A stretch of DNA of 64,000 nt from the NCBI GenBank assembly GCA_046758505.1, contig JBHIAH010000006.1, positions 1,544 to 65,543 of the forward strand. The letters run 5' to 3'. The DNA is from Candidatus Methylomirabilales bacterium (GTDB lineage: Bacteria > Methylomirabilota > Methylomirabilia > Methylomirabilales > CSP1-5). The notes under the pieces are model-generated. The model saw only the letters and a program-made list of their open reading frames with translations, was not told the DNA's origin and ran no database searches. A program made the position numbers and the translations under genes. Below, piece by piece: positions 1 through 10,065 of this stretch; position 1 is the stretch's first letter; each line of letters starts with the position of its first letter.

Positions 1-607
1 TGACATCCGGAAACTTGGCTTTTAGAACCTCTCCAACCCCGGTGATGGTTCCACCGGTCCCCACACCCGCCACAAAGGCGTCGATCCGGCCTCCCGTCAC
101 CTCCAGGATCTCCCGGGCGGTCGTCTGCCGGTGGATCTCAGGATTGGCCGGATTAATAAACTGTTGGGGCATGAAGTAGTCAGGATTTTCTCGGCACAGC
201 TCGTCGGCCGCAAAGACGGCGCCGGTCATCCCCTCGATGGCCGGAGTCAAAATCACCTCGGCTCCGAACCGCTGGAGGAGCGTCCTCCGCTCCAGGCTCA
301 TATCGTCGGGCATCGTCAGGATCAGCCGGTATCCCTTGACCGCCGCCACCATGGCCAGCCCGATTCCCGTGTTTCCGGACGTGGGTTCGACGAGGGTCGA
401 CCCGGGGTTAAGCCTCCCCCGCCGCTCTGCCTCCTCGACCATGGCCCAAGCGATCCGGTCTTTGACGCTCCCGGCCGGATTCAACGACTCCATCTTTCCC
501 AAAACTGACGCGCCCTGGCGCGGAGACACCTTGGGCAGCTCCACCATGGGGGTGTCCCCGATAAGGTCCAGCACATTCTTTGCCAGTCGAGGCATCCGGG
601 CCCTCAT
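1..607 (-). CDS. cysK: cysteine synthase (O-acetylserine sulfhydrylase); 3' part runs off the window
   Basis: Absent from the ORF track (no stop inside window). Hand translation of the reverse strand from ATG at 605-607 gives [61 protein letters not shown]. The PLP-Lys SVKDR and the TSGNTG and GTGGT loops are typical of CysK/CysM. Confidence 0.9.
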   Translation of the reverse strand, partial: MRARMPRLAKNVLDLIGDTPMVELPKVSPRQGASVLGKMESLNPAGSVKDRIAWAMVEEAERRGRLNPGSTLVEPTSGNTGIGLAMVAAVKGYRLILTMPDDMSLERRTLLQRFGAEVILTPAIEGMTGAVFAADELCRENPDYFMPQQFINPANPEIHRQTTAREILEVTGGRIDAFVAGVGTGGTITGVGEVLKAKFPDV

Positions 608-700
608 GTCCCAACCCGCTGTCGGCAGTCAGCGATCAGCTGCCAGATTTTTCAACTCCGATTCCATGCTGACTGCTGACGGCCGATGGCTGATTGGCTC

Positions 701-1150
701 CTAGATGTGGTAGCTCGCACTCCTCGGCTCGATCTTCAGCTGCGCGCGACGACAAATTTCCTCGAAGGTGATACTATCCAAGATCTGGGTCACGATGTCC
801 CTGACCTCCACCCAGATGCCCTGGAACCCGCAGCGTTTTTCCACGCCACACTTCTCGTGGCTCGACGGGTCTACGCAATAGATGGGGGCGGGCGGGCCTT
901 CCATCAACCGGATGATCTCTCCCAGCGTAATGAGGTGAGGCGCCTTTGCGAGAGTATACCCCCCCTTGATTCCTCGCTTACTCTCCAGATAGCCGGCCCG
1001 CTTCAGGATGAGGAGGAGTTGTTCGAGATACCGCACGGGAATCTCCTGCCGTTGGGCGATCTCTTCGATGCGGAGCGGCCCCCTGTTGTAATGCATCGAG
1101 AGCTCCTGCATCGCCCTCGTCGCGTAATCCCCTTTTGTCGAAATCTTCAT
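701..1150 (-). CDS. Rrf2-family transcriptional regulator (IscR/CymR-like), immediately upstream of cysK
   Basis: 149 aa. N-terminal MKISTKGDYATRAM..L winged helix typical of Rrf2, with three clustered Cys in the C-terminal half (CVDPSSHEKCGVEKRC). Same strand as cysK, 93 nt upstream of it. Confidence 0.88.
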   Translation of the reverse strand: MKISTKGDYATRAMQELSMHYNRGPLRIEEIAQRQEIPVRYLEQLLLILKRAGYLESKRGIKGGYTLAKAPHLITLGEIIRLMEGPPAPIYCVDPSSHEKCGVEKRCGFQGIWVEVRDIVTQILDSITFEEICRRAQLKIEPRSASYHI

Positions 1151-1157
1151 AGGCTCT

Positions 1158-1186
1158 ACACTATCCAGTCATCTCGACATTGTCAA
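1158..1186 (-). promoter_or_regulatory. sigma-70-type promoter of the rrf2-cysK unit, probably giving a leaderless or near-leaderless mRNA
   Basis: Minus strand reads TTGACA (1186-1181), a 17 nt spacer, then TAGTGT (1163-1158). The ATG is at 1150, only 7 nt after the -10 box. Confidence 0.45.
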
Positions 1187-1630
1187 TCGATTTACTCGCC
1201 TTTTACCAGACCCTCGATCCCCTGTCAAGACTTTTTATGCCCTACCCCCCGATTTACCCACTCCCCCCTCACTCCATAAACCCGGATGCACCGTCTCTCA
1301 TGCGTTGGCATTCGAGGACGGATTGGCCCTGAGCCCCCCACGTCTCCTCGGAATTTACCCCTCACACGGATATTATACACCTTTTATCAATGGGATAAGG
1401 AGCATGCATCATAACACACTTTAAGAAAAAACCGCCCCTTCATCACAATCTCTCCACGGAGAATAGGGCCAGCTGAGAGGCCAGGCCCTCTCTTGGCGAA
1501 TCACTCCAGGCGGCACCGTCCCCCAACCTTCAAGGGAGGTTTCACGACAGTCATCTTGGTGGTCAGCCCCCGGGAAAAACCCTTGCCTCACCCGCTCCGG
1601 CTCTGTTAGATTCACGCACGGGGAGACGGC

Positions 1631-2299
1631 ATGGCAGGGGCAGCGAAGGTGCGAGTCGGCGTCCTTGCATCGGGCCGCGGCTCGAACCTCCAGGCCATCA
1701 TCGATGCAAGCGACGCCGGAAAGCTCGACGCGACGCTCGTCGTCGTGGTCAGCGACAAAAGCGACGCGTACGCACTGGAACGAGCCCGCCGCCACGGCGT
1801 CCCGCCGGTTTTCGTCGATCCGAAAGCCTACGAGAGCCGCGAGGCATTTGATCAGGCAATCATCGGGGTCCTCACCGCACACCAGGTCGAGTTGGTTTGC
1901 CTGGCGGGTTTTATGCGGGTCCTGACGCCGGGTTTCATCCATCACTTTCGTCACCGGATCATGAACATTCACCCGGCGTTGCTCCCCTCCTTCCCAGGGC
2001 TGCACGGCCAAGCCCAGGCCCTCCGCCACGGTGTGAAGTTTTCCGGTTGCACGGTGCACTTCGCCGACGAGGGGGTCGATACCGGCCCCATCATCGTCCA
2101 GGCGGTCGTTCCGGTCTTCACTGACGACAGCGAGGAGACCCTCGCCGCCCGGATCCTGAAGTACGAACATCAGATTTATCCCCGGGCGATCCAGCTCTAT
2201 GCCGAGGGTCGATTGGAAGTCAAGGGGCGGCGGGTCGCCTGTCGCGGGAGCGAGGCCGATCGCACCCTCAGGGAAGAATGGGGATATATCCACCCGTAG
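1631..2299 (+). CDS. purN: phosphoribosylglycinamide formyltransferase
   Basis: 222 aa with VLASGRGSNLQAIID, NIHPALLPSFPG and HFADEGVDTGPII, the classic PurN motifs. Confidence 0.93.
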   Translation: MAGAAKVRVGVLASGRGSNLQAIIDASDAGKLDATLVVVVSDKSDAYALERARRHGVPPVFVDPKAYESREAFDQAIIGVLTAHQVELVCLAGFMRVLTPGFIHHFRHRIMNIHPALLPSFPGLHGQAQALRHGVKFSGCTVHFADEGVDTGPIIVQAVVPVFTDDSEETLAARILKYEHQIYPRAIQLYAEGRLEVKGRRVACRGSEADRTLREEWGYIHP

Positions 2300-2465
2300 T
2301 GCCGATCCAACTTGTGTGGCCGAGTCCGGGCCTCACAGTTCGGTCTGCTTCCTCGGTTCAGTGAGCGGCAGGTGTTTGGGGAAAATCGTTCGAACGCCAC
2401 TAAGAGCCTGAGGGGCGCCAACCGGCGGACCAAGGCTCAAAAGGCCCCCGGGTGACAGGCACGAA

Positions 2466-4055
2466 ATGGAGAAGGGACTGATTCGCATCCGGCGGGCCCT
2501 CTTGAGCGTCTCGGACAAGACGGGACTCGCCGAGCTCGCCAGGGGTTTGGTGGAATCCGGTGCAGAGCTGATCTCCACCGGGAACACGGCGCAGCATCTC
2601 CGCGGCGCGGGAATGACCGTCACGGACGTGGCAGCGGTGACCGGCTTTCCGGAGATGTTGGATGGCCGCGTCAAGACCCTCCATCCGGCGATTCACGGGG
2701 CCCTGCTCGGACGGCGGACCGACCCAGAGCACCAACGGCAGCTCGAGGAGCACCACATCTCCCCCATCGATCTCGTCGTTGTCAACCTCTATCCCTTTGA
2801 GGCCACGATCGCCGCAGAGACACTCGATCTTTCCCAGGCCATCGAGCAGATCGATATCGGCGGACCGACCCTGATCCGCTCAGCGGCCAAGAACTTTGAC
2901 GGCGTCGCAGTTCTCACCGACCCTATACAGTATGCCGAGGTCCTTCGGGAAATGCGCCAGCGCGGGGGCATCTCCCTGACAACCCGCCTCCGCCTGGCCC
3001 AAGAAGCGTTCCAACACACCGCCCGCTACGAGGGAGCCATTGCGAGCTTCCTGGGTGCGGTGAGTGCTCCCGAAGCCCCGCTCACAACCCAATGGCCCCA
3101 ACCCTTCCCCCCCTTTCTCGCCTTGGGGCTACAGCGAATCCAGACGCTCCGGTACGGGGAGAACCCGCATCAACGGGGCGCCCTCTACCGAAGAGCGAAG
3201 TCCCAGGGGCCCTGCCTGGCCACCGCCCAGCAACTGCAGGGAAAAACACTCTCATACACCAACCTGCTGGATCTCGATGCCGCCCTCCAGCTCCTCCTAG
3301 AGTTCAGTGGGCCCGCGGCCTGTATCATCAAACACAACAACCCGTGCGGGGTTGCCACGGGAGAACCGGTCGTGGATGCGTACCGGCACGCCCGCGGGAC
3401 GGATCCGGCCTCGGCATACGGAGGGGTCGTGGGACTGAACCGCATCGTCGATGAGGTCACGGCCAAAGAGATCGCCTCCGCGTTTGTGGAAGCAATCATT
3501 GCCCCGGGGTACACCGAGGCGGCCAGGAATCTCTTCCGGCCCCGAACCAATCTTCGATTGCTGGAGATCCCGGCGGAGGAGTGGCAGGTGCCACCCGACC
3601 CGTGGGACATGCGAGGAATCTCCGGCGGCGTCCTCCTCCAAGACAGAGATCACGCCGATCTGGACAAAACAACCCTCACGGTGGTGACCAGGCGAGAGCC
3701 GACCGCCGCAGAGTGGGAGGCACTCACCTTCGCCTGGAAGGTGGCAAAGCACGTCAAGTCGAACGCCATCGTCTTCACCACCGCCACGGCCACCGTGGGA
3801 ATCGGGGCCGGACAGATGAGCCGGGTGGACTCCTGCCGGCTGGCCATCATGAAGGCCCGGTCATCCCTGAAGGGGACCGTGGTGGCCTCGGACGCCTTTT
3901 TCCCCTTTCGGGACGGGATCGATACGGCCGCCGAGGCAGGCGCCACCGCTATCATCCAGCCGGGGGGCTCCGTGCGCGATACCGAGACCATCCAGGCGGC
4001 CAACGAACACGGTATGGCCATGGTCTTCACGGGAATTCGCCATTTCCGCCACTGA
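2466..4055 (+). CDS. purH: bifunctional AICAR transformylase / IMP cyclohydrolase
   Basis: 529 aa with [12 protein letters not shown] (MGS-like domain), [21 protein letters not shown] and a C-terminal [18 protein letters not shown]. Confidence 0.95.
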   Translation: MEKGLIRIRRALLSVSDKTGLAELARGLVESGAELISTGNTAQHLRGAGMTVTDVAAVTGFPEMLDGRVKTLHPAIHGALLGRRTDPEHQRQLEEHHISPIDLVVVNLYPFEATIAAETLDLSQAIEQIDIGGPTLIRSAAKNFDGVAVLTDPIQYAEVLREMRQRGGISLTTRLRLAQEAFQHTARYEGAIASFLGAVSAPEAPLTTQWPQPFPPFLALGLQRIQTLRYGENPHQRGALYRRAKSQGPCLATAQQLQGKTLSYTNLLDLDAALQLLLEFSGPAACIIKHNNPCGVATGEPVVDAYRHARGTDPASAYGGVVGLNRIVDEVTAKEIASAFVEAIIAPGYTEAARNLFRPRTNLRLLEIPAEEWQVPPDPWDMRGISGGVLLQDRDHADLDKTTLTVVTRREPTAAEWEALTFAWKVAKHVKSNAIVFTTATATVGIGAGQMSRVDSCRLAIMKARSSLKGTVVASDAFFPFRDGIDTAAEAGATAIIQPGGSVRDTETIQAANEHGMAMVFTGIRHFRH

Positions 4056-4057
4056 AT

Positions 4058-4277
4058 GAACGACGACCGGTGACCGAGGACCGATGAGCAACCACTCGTA
4101 AATCGCCCACAGTCAGGCGTGAATCGTCATTGGTGAACGATCAGGTGTAAACGATAACCATTGACTGTTGACCAGTTGCCCATTCGCCATGAACTGTGAA
4201 GAGTGAACCCTGAACTGAGAGCGACGTGCCGTCGGTCCTCAACGGTGAACGGTCGTCGGTCATCGGTCGTCGGTTCG
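4058..4277. repeat. family G short repeats (GACCGATGA / TCATCGGTC units) as an inverted pair bracketing the purH-purD spacer
   Basis: 4058-4089 reads gaacgacgaccggtgaccgaggaccgatgagc. 4231-4277 reads gtcggtcctcaacggtgaacggtcgtcggtcatcggtcgtcggttcg. The arms gaggaccga and tcggtcctc are complementary. The same units recur at 15470-15545, 28597-28688 and 34768-34830. Confidence 0.6.
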
Positions 4278-4291
4278 CGCGGAGGTCGCCC

Positions 4292-5572
4292 ATGAAGATC
4301 CTGATGGTCGGACACGGGGGACGGGAACACGCCCTCCTCTGGAAGCTCGCCCAGAGCCCCCAACAACCCCTCCTGTATGCCGCCCCGGGCAACGCCGGGA
4401 TGGCTCAGATTGCCACCTGCATCAATATCGGGGTCACTGATATCGCCAACCTCGTAGACTTCGCCCTCCACGAGCGGATCGACCTCACCCTTGTGGGGCC
4501 AGAGGTTCCTCTCACCCTCGGGATTGTGGATGAATTCGAGGCGCGGGGCCTGAAGATCTTCGGGGCACGCCGGGATGCAGCGAAGATCGAGGGGAGCAAG
4601 AGCTTTGCCAAGCACCTGATGCGGAAGTACCGCATTCCAACAGCCACGTACGAGGTCTTCGATAATCCTCGCGGGGCCCGGACCTATCTCGAGAAGGTGG
4701 AAACGCCCATCGTGGTCAAAGCCGACGGCCTGGCCGCCGGCAAGGGGGTCATCGTCTGTCCGACCCTCGACGCAGCGCATGACGCGATCACCAGGATCAT
4801 GGAGGAGCGGGCCTTTGGCGATGCGGGAGCGCGGGTGGTGCTCGAGGAGTGCCTCACGGGCGAGGAGGCATCCTTTCTGGCCTTCACCGATGGCAAGACG
4901 GTGCTGCCCATGGCCTCCTCCCAGGATCACAAACCGATCTTCGATAACGACCAGGGACCCAATACCGGGGGGATGGGAGCGTACTCTCCTGCCCCCGTGG
5001 TCACCGAGGCGGTCCACCACAAGATCATGGAGCGGATCATGCTCCCTGCCGTGCGGGGCATGGCGGCCGAAGGCCACCCGTACAAGGGCGTACTGTACGC
5101 CGGGCTCATGATCAAGGACGAAGAGCCCAAGGTGTTGGAGTTCAATGCCCGTTTTGGCGATCCGGAGGCCCAGCCCCTCCTGGTCCGCATGGCGGGAGAT
5201 CTGATTCCGGTCCTCGAGGCGGTGATTGCGGAGCGGCTCCACGAGACTACCATCCAGTGGCGATCCGAGCCGGCGGTCTGCGTGGTCATGGCCTCAGGGG
5301 GCTACCCCGGCCCCTACGAGAAGGGGAAGGTGATCTCGGGATTGGACGAAGCGGCCAGTCTCCCCGGGGTGGCGATTTTTCACGCAGGCACCGCCCTGAA
5401 AAACGGCAAGGTGGTCACCGACGGGGGTCGCGTGCTCAACGTCACCGGCCTCGGCCAGGATATCCGAGAGGCCATTGCCACAGCGTACCGGGGGGTCAAA
5501 AAAATTTACTGGGAGAACGCCCATTATCGCAACGACATCGGGAAGAAGGCCCTCGACCGCCTGGGAGGCTAG
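4292..5572 (+). CDS. purD: phosphoribosylamine-glycine ligase
   Basis: The track ORF starts at 4226. I prefer ATG 4292 (MKILMVGHGGREHAL, the canonical PurD N-terminus) preceded by GGAGG at 4281-4285. ATP-grasp body and GLMIKDEEPKVLEFNARFGDPE are present. Confidence 0.94.
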   Translation: MKILMVGHGGREHALLWKLAQSPQQPLLYAAPGNAGMAQIATCINIGVTDIANLVDFALHERIDLTLVGPEVPLTLGIVDEFEARGLKIFGARRDAAKIEGSKSFAKHLMRKYRIPTATYEVFDNPRGARTYLEKVETPIVVKADGLAAGKGVIVCPTLDAAHDAITRIMEERAFGDAGARVVLEECLTGEEASFLAFTDGKTVLPMASSQDHKPIFDNDQGPNTGGMGAYSPAPVVTEAVHHKIMERIMLPAVRGMAAEGHPYKGVLYAGLMIKDEEPKVLEFNARFGDPEAQPLLVRMAGDLIPVLEAVIAERLHETTIQWRSEPAVCVVMASGGYPGPYEKGKVISGLDEAASLPGVAIFHAGTALKNGKVVTDGGRVLNVTGLGQDIREAIATAYRGVKKIYWENAHYRNDIGKKALDRLGG

Positions 5573-5691
5573 TTCAGGGTTCACAGAATCCTGGTTCCAT
5601 TGTAAGATGGTATGTCGAAGACAAAAGGAAGCATGACGATGTTGACGCTGAGTTTTCCTTCCCTGGAACGCGTACCTGCGAGCCGTGAAGA

Positions 5692-6207
5692 ATGAAGCGC
5701 GGACTCAAGAAGCCGGTGGTAGGGATTGTGATGGGAAGCGACTCGGACTTTCCCATCATGGAGGAGACCGCCAAGGCGCTCAAGCATTTTGGCATTCCCC
5801 ATGAAGTGCGCGTGATCTCGTGCCATCGGGCCCCTGCCCAGGTGATCGAGTATGCACGAACCGCCCACGGGAGGGGGCTCAAGGTGATCATTGCCGGGGC
5901 GGGCGGCGCGGCGCACCTCGCCGGGATTATCGCCGCCGAGACCACCCTGCCGGTGATCGGAGTGCCTATTGAATCGAGCCCGCTGCGCGGCATCGACGCG
6001 CTCCTGTCTACGGCCCAAATGCCAGGCGGGGTCCCCGTAGCCACTATGGCCGTGGGCAAGGCAGGCGCAAAAAATGCTGCCATATTTTCTGCCGAGATAT
6101 TAAGTATTTACGACGGCAACCTTAACAAGAACCTTAGAAAATTTAAGGTCTCCCTGGAACAGGAAGTCACCGCGAAGGACCGTGCCATCGCCAAACGGTT
6201 CACCTAG
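5692..6207 (+). CDS. purE: 5-(carboxyamino)imidazole ribonucleotide mutase
   Basis: 171 aa with VGIVMGSDSDFPIM, IIAGAGGAAHLAG and PVIGVP, typical of PurE. Confidence 0.93.
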   Translation: MKRGLKKPVVGIVMGSDSDFPIMEETAKALKHFGIPHEVRVISCHRAPAQVIEYARTAHGRGLKVIIAGAGGAAHLAGIIAAETTLPVIGVPIESSPLRGIDALLSTAQMPGGVPVATMAVGKAGAKNAAIFSAEILSIYDGNLNKNLRKFKVSLEQEVTAKDRAIAKRFT

Positions 6208-6227
6208 GCTCACGCGGAGGGAAAAGG

Positions 6228-7280
6228 ATGACGGATCTCCGGGAAAAGATCCGCCTCACGACGCTCTCTCACGGCGCCGGTTGAGCGTGCAAGATCAGTC
6301 CCGCGGACCTGGCTCAGGTGCTGAGTCAGTTACCCACCTTTCACGATTCGCACATCCTCGTGGGGCCCGAGACGGCTGACGATGCCGCCGTCTATCAGCT
6401 CACCGACGACCTAGCCGTCGTGCAGTCGGTGGACTTCATCACCCCCGTGGTGGACGACCCGTACGCCTGTGGAGCGGTGGCCGCGGCCAACTCCCTGAGC
6501 GACATCTATGCCATGGGGGGGCGGCCGGTCTTCGCCCTGAACCTCGTCGGCTTTCCCACCGGCAAGCTCCCCCTGCACGTCCTCTCGTCCATCCTTCAGG
6601 GAGGCGCCGACAAGGTCAAGGAGGCTGAAGCATCCATTGTGGGGGGGCACAGCATTGACGATCCCGAACCCAAGTACGGGTTGGTCGTCACCGGCGTCGT
6701 GCATCCGAAAAAGGTCTTCACGAATGCCGGCGCCCGGGTTGGAGATGATCTGATTCTGACCAAGCCGCTCGGGATCGGGATCATCACCACCGGGATCAAG
6801 CGGGAGCACGTGTCCGAGCAGACCGTGGAGCAGGCCGTCCGCGTCATGACCACGCTGAATAAAGCGGCCGCCGACGTGATGGTGGCGGTGGGGGTCAATG
6901 CCTGCACCGACATCACCGGCTTTGGCCTCCTTGGTCACCTGCACGAAATGACAGCAGGCAGCGGGGTCGGCGCCCGCATCTCCCTCAAGGCGGTCCCGGT
7001 CCTCCCCGAAGCCTGGAGGCTGGTCACGGAAGGGATTTGTCCGGGCGGCACGAAACGCAACCGCCAGGCGCTGGAGGAGACGATCACGTGGGCCCCGGAA
7101 ATTAGCGACGAGAGCCAACTGGTCCTCTGCGACGCCCAGACCTCGGGCGGACTGTTGATGGCCGTGCCCAAGGAACACAGTGCCCAACTGGTGAAGGGGC
7201 TGCAAGCCGCCAAAACGCTCGCCGCCGCGCGGGTCGGCGAGATCGTCGCGGGGGCCGGCGAGATCGACGTGACGCCCTGA
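6228..7280 (+). CDS. selD: selenide,water dikinase (selenophosphate synthetase) with an in-frame TGA (Sec) at 6282-6284
   Basis: The track only lists 6318-7280. An ATG at 6228 (RBS GGAGGG at 6217-6222) is in the same frame and reads MTDLREKIRLTTLSHGAG-TGA-ACKISPADLAQVLSQL. This is the SelD N-terminal motif G-A-G-(C/U)-x-C-K with TGA at the catalytic Cys/Sec position. The rest is a PurM-like body (DAAV, SDIYAMGG, DITGFGLLGH). Confidence 0.85.
6309..6329 (+). promoter_or_regulatory. candidate bacterial SECIS hairpin downstream of the selD UGA
   Basis: CTGGCTCAG-GTG-CTGAGTCAG forms a 9 bp stem (one G-U pair) with a GUG apical loop. It starts 25 nt after the TGA. Confidence 0.45.
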
Positions 7281-7395
7281 CCCCCCTTCGGCGAACCCCA
7301 ACCCCACTGCGCCCCGAACCATCCCTTGTCTTGCTAGACCGATCAGCGTGAAGAGACATACGAGCGGTGAACCGTGTGGTGTGGGCCCCGGTCCC

Positions 7396-8514
7396 ATGAT
7401 CGTCGAGAAACAGATCTTTGCATTGGACCGAGTGGAACTCGTCGGCGGCGCGACCCTGAAACAGGTCCGGGTCGGGTACGAGACCTACGGGAGCCTGTCC
7501 CCGACCAAAGAGAACGCCGTGCTGATCTGTCATCATTTCTCCGGGACCTCCCACGCCGCGGGACGCTATAGCGCAGCCGACGCGGTCCCCGGTTACTGGG
7601 ACGCCGTCATCGGCCCCGGCAAGCCCTTCGACACCGACCGGTATTTCATTATCTGCTCCGAGACCCTGTGCAACCTGAACGTGAAAAACCCCAACGTGGT
7701 CACGACCGGGCCTGCGTCCGTCAATCCGGACACCGGCAGGCCCTATGGGATGTCCTTCCCGATCGTCACTATCCAAGATTTCATCAACGTCCAGCGCGCC
7801 TTGATCCGCTCGTTCGGCATCGAACGGCTTTACGCCGTCGCCGGCCCTTCGATGGGGGGTTTTCAGGCTCTCGAGTGGGCCATTGCCTACCCCGAGATGA
7901 TCAGCCGCACCATTGTGGTCATCAGTGCCGGCGCCCTTCACCCCTGGGTGATCCTGATGCCAGGACGCGTCGCTGAAATGGCCATCCGGCTCGATCCACG
8001 CTGGCAGGGCGGGGCGTACGCGGAAGAGGCGGAACCGCTGGATGGCCTCGCCTTGGCCTTTACGGTTCTCACCTCGATCGCCAGAAGTCAGCCGTGGGCC
8101 GACCGGACGGTTGGCCGCGCCTTTGCCGACCCGGGGCGCAGTCCCCTCGAGGCCCTGGAGAATCGCTTCCTCGTCGAGACCGAGATCGAGAAGGCGGCGC
8201 GGGAGCGGGCCGAACAGGCCGATGCCAACTCTTTCATCTACCTCACGAGGGCCAACGCCCTGTACCGGGCCGGCATCGGATTCGGGTCCGATGAAGAGGC
8301 GCTCGCGCGGATTCAGGCAAAGGTCCTGCTGATCCCCTGCTCCTCTGACCTGTTCCTCCCCCCGTATCAATCCCAAAAACTACTCAGGGCCCTGAGGCGG
8401 GCGGGCGTGCGGGCCAGCACCTTTGAACTGGAGAGTGATGGCGGCCACCTCGCCGGGGTGCTGGAGATCGACAAGGCCGGAGAGGTCCTCCGCCAGTTCC
8501 TGGAGAGCGCATGA
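7396..8514 (+). CDS. homoserine O-acetyltransferase-family alpha/beta hydrolase (MetX-like)
   Basis: The track ORF starts at 7348. ATG 7396 gives MIVEKQIFAL..VGYETYGSL..NAVLICHHFSG, a MetX-type N-terminus. Nucleophile elbow GPSMGG, with Asp (CSSDLF) and His (DGGHLAG) near the C-terminus. Confidence 0.8.
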   Translation: MIVEKQIFALDRVELVGGATLKQVRVGYETYGSLSPTKENAVLICHHFSGTSHAAGRYSAADAVPGYWDAVIGPGKPFDTDRYFIICSETLCNLNVKNPNVVTTGPASVNPDTGRPYGMSFPIVTIQDFINVQRALIRSFGIERLYAVAGPSMGGFQALEWAIAYPEMISRTIVVISAGALHPWVILMPGRVAEMAIRLDPRWQGGAYAEEAEPLDGLALAFTVLTSIARSQPWADRTVGRAFADPGRSPLEALENRFLVETEIEKAARERAEQADANSFIYLTRANALYRAGIGFGSDEEALARIQAKVLLIPCSSDLFLPPYQSQKLLRALRRAGVRASTFELESDGGHLAGVLEIDKAGEVLRQFLESA

Positions 8515-9782
8515 AGGGGTCCGAAGCGCGGGCCGGCTTTTTCTATGGCTGGGTCATCGTCGCCGCCTCCTGCCTCCTCATGAGTCTGAGCTATGGGAGC
8601 GGCCTGACCATGGCCGTTTTCCTGAAACCGCTCAGCGAGGAGTTTGGGTGGTCCCGGGGAATCACCGCGCTCGCCTATTCCTTCAACATGCTCCTGGCGG
8701 GTTTCTTCGCCCCGTTCATGGGTCACCTTTCCGACCGGATCGGCATCCGCAGGGTCGCGCTCTTTGGGGCAGCCATGGTCGGGCTCGGCTTGGGCCTCGC
8801 GAGCCAGGTGCACTCCCCGTGGCACATCTACCTCTTTCAGGGCCTCTTGATGGGAGGATTGGGATACGGGGCGCTGGCCGCCCCGTTAGCCGCAAACGTC
8901 AACCGGTGGTTCACCCGGACGCCCGGATTGGCCACGGGGATCATTTATGCGGGGTCGGGGATCGGGGTCATGTTTCTCCCACCCCTGTCCCGCTATTTCA
9001 TCAATCTCTTTGATTGGAGAACTGCATATCAACTTCTCGCCCTCTGTGCATGGATTCTCATGATCCCGGCCGCCCTCCTCCTGCGACCCCACGAGAGCAG
9101 AGAGGCACGCGGTGCCCCGAAGCCTCTCCGCGCCCCCCCCAGGCCGCCGCCCCACCGCGAGGAAGGACCAGCGGTCCCCTTCCCCGCGACCCCGCCGTCC
9201 ATCTGGTGGCTCCGGGCGGCCATGTTCTGCTGCTGCGTCTGCATGTCGGTTCCCTTGGTCCACATTGTCGCCCACGCCACCGACATCGGCATCCCCAAGA
9301 TGGCCGCGGCGGCCATCCTGGGGGTGACGGGCGCCACTGCGTTTCCGGGACGCATCGGCATGGGAATGCTGGCGGATCGGATTGGGGGACGGAGGGCCCT
9401 CCTGCTCTGTTCCGGGATCCAGACCTCCATGGTCCTCGGATTTCTCCTGTCCCACACCACGGCCAGCTTCTATATTGTGGCCGCCCTCTTCGGGATCGGC
9501 TATGGCGGCATCATTCCACAGTATCCGATCCTCTGCCGGGAGCTGTACGGAACCAAGGCCCTGGGCCGCATCTTTGGCACCGTCACCCTCTTCGGCACCT
9601 CGGGGATGGCGACCGGCGGGTACCTGGGAGGCCTCCTTTTCGATCTGAGCGGCGGCTACACGCTCCCCCTCCTGATCGCATTTCTTTTCGGCGGGATCAA
9701 CTTTGCCATTGCGCTTTCACTCGTCCTGCGGCAGGCTGCCGAGCTGCCACAGGCGGTCGGCCTGGGCAAGATCTCTCGGTAA
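8511..9782 (+). CDS. MFS transporter, translationally coupled to the MetX-like gene (ATGA overlap)
   Basis: 423 aa, about 12 hydrophobic segments, the MFS loop motif GHLSDRIGIRR, and a central hydrophilic Pro/Arg-rich loop. Confidence 0.85.
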   Translation: MKGSEARAGFFYGWVIVAASCLLMSLSYGSGLTMAVFLKPLSEEFGWSRGITALAYSFNMLLAGFFAPFMGHLSDRIGIRRVALFGAAMVGLGLGLASQVHSPWHIYLFQGLLMGGLGYGALAAPLAANVNRWFTRTPGLATGIIYAGSGIGVMFLPPLSRYFINLFDWRTAYQLLALCAWILMIPAALLLRPHESREARGAPKPLRAPPRPPPHREEGPAVPFPATPPSIWWLRAAMFCCCVCMSVPLVHIVAHATDIGIPKMAAAAILGVTGATAFPGRIGMGMLADRIGGRRALLLCSGIQTSMVLGFLLSHTTASFYIVAALFGIGYGGIIPQYPILCRELYGTKALGRIFGTVTLFGTSGMATGGYLGGLLFDLSGGYTLPLLIAFLFGGINFAIALSLVLRQAAELPQAVGLGKISR

Positions 9783-10065
9783 CCTTCGCTCGACCCGAAG
9801 ACCGTGGACCATGCAGCGCATCGAGCCAAGCCCCCTGCTGGCTCAGGGTTCAGGGTCTCATGAGAAGGCAAAGCCGTTTGCACGGCGTGAACTGTGAGAG
9901 GGGGAACTTTCTTTGATGCCTTCGTTGCCCCCGTATCGAACTCTTTGGGAATATTTTGCCCCCCTGGAGAGTCTACAGGAGGTAGAGGGTGAAACGACCA
10001 GGTGTCGGCCGACGTCTCGCGAGCCTCGCGGTGTCGGGGCACGCGTACGGAAAGGAGAAAAGATT

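Noticed and set aside
1480-1530. ZTP (pfl) riboswitch upstream of purN, suggested by CCAGGCGG.
   Set aside because: The CCGCCUGG-like string is on the wrong strand for purN. The 5' sub-domain (GGGUCGUGACUGGCG-like) is not present on either strand.
4127-8376. Long minus-strand ORFs (371, 328 and 424 aa) opposite purD, selD and the MetX-like gene.
   Set aside because: The same shadow-ORF effect applies. The plus-strand products carry canonical family motifs and the minus-strand products have none.
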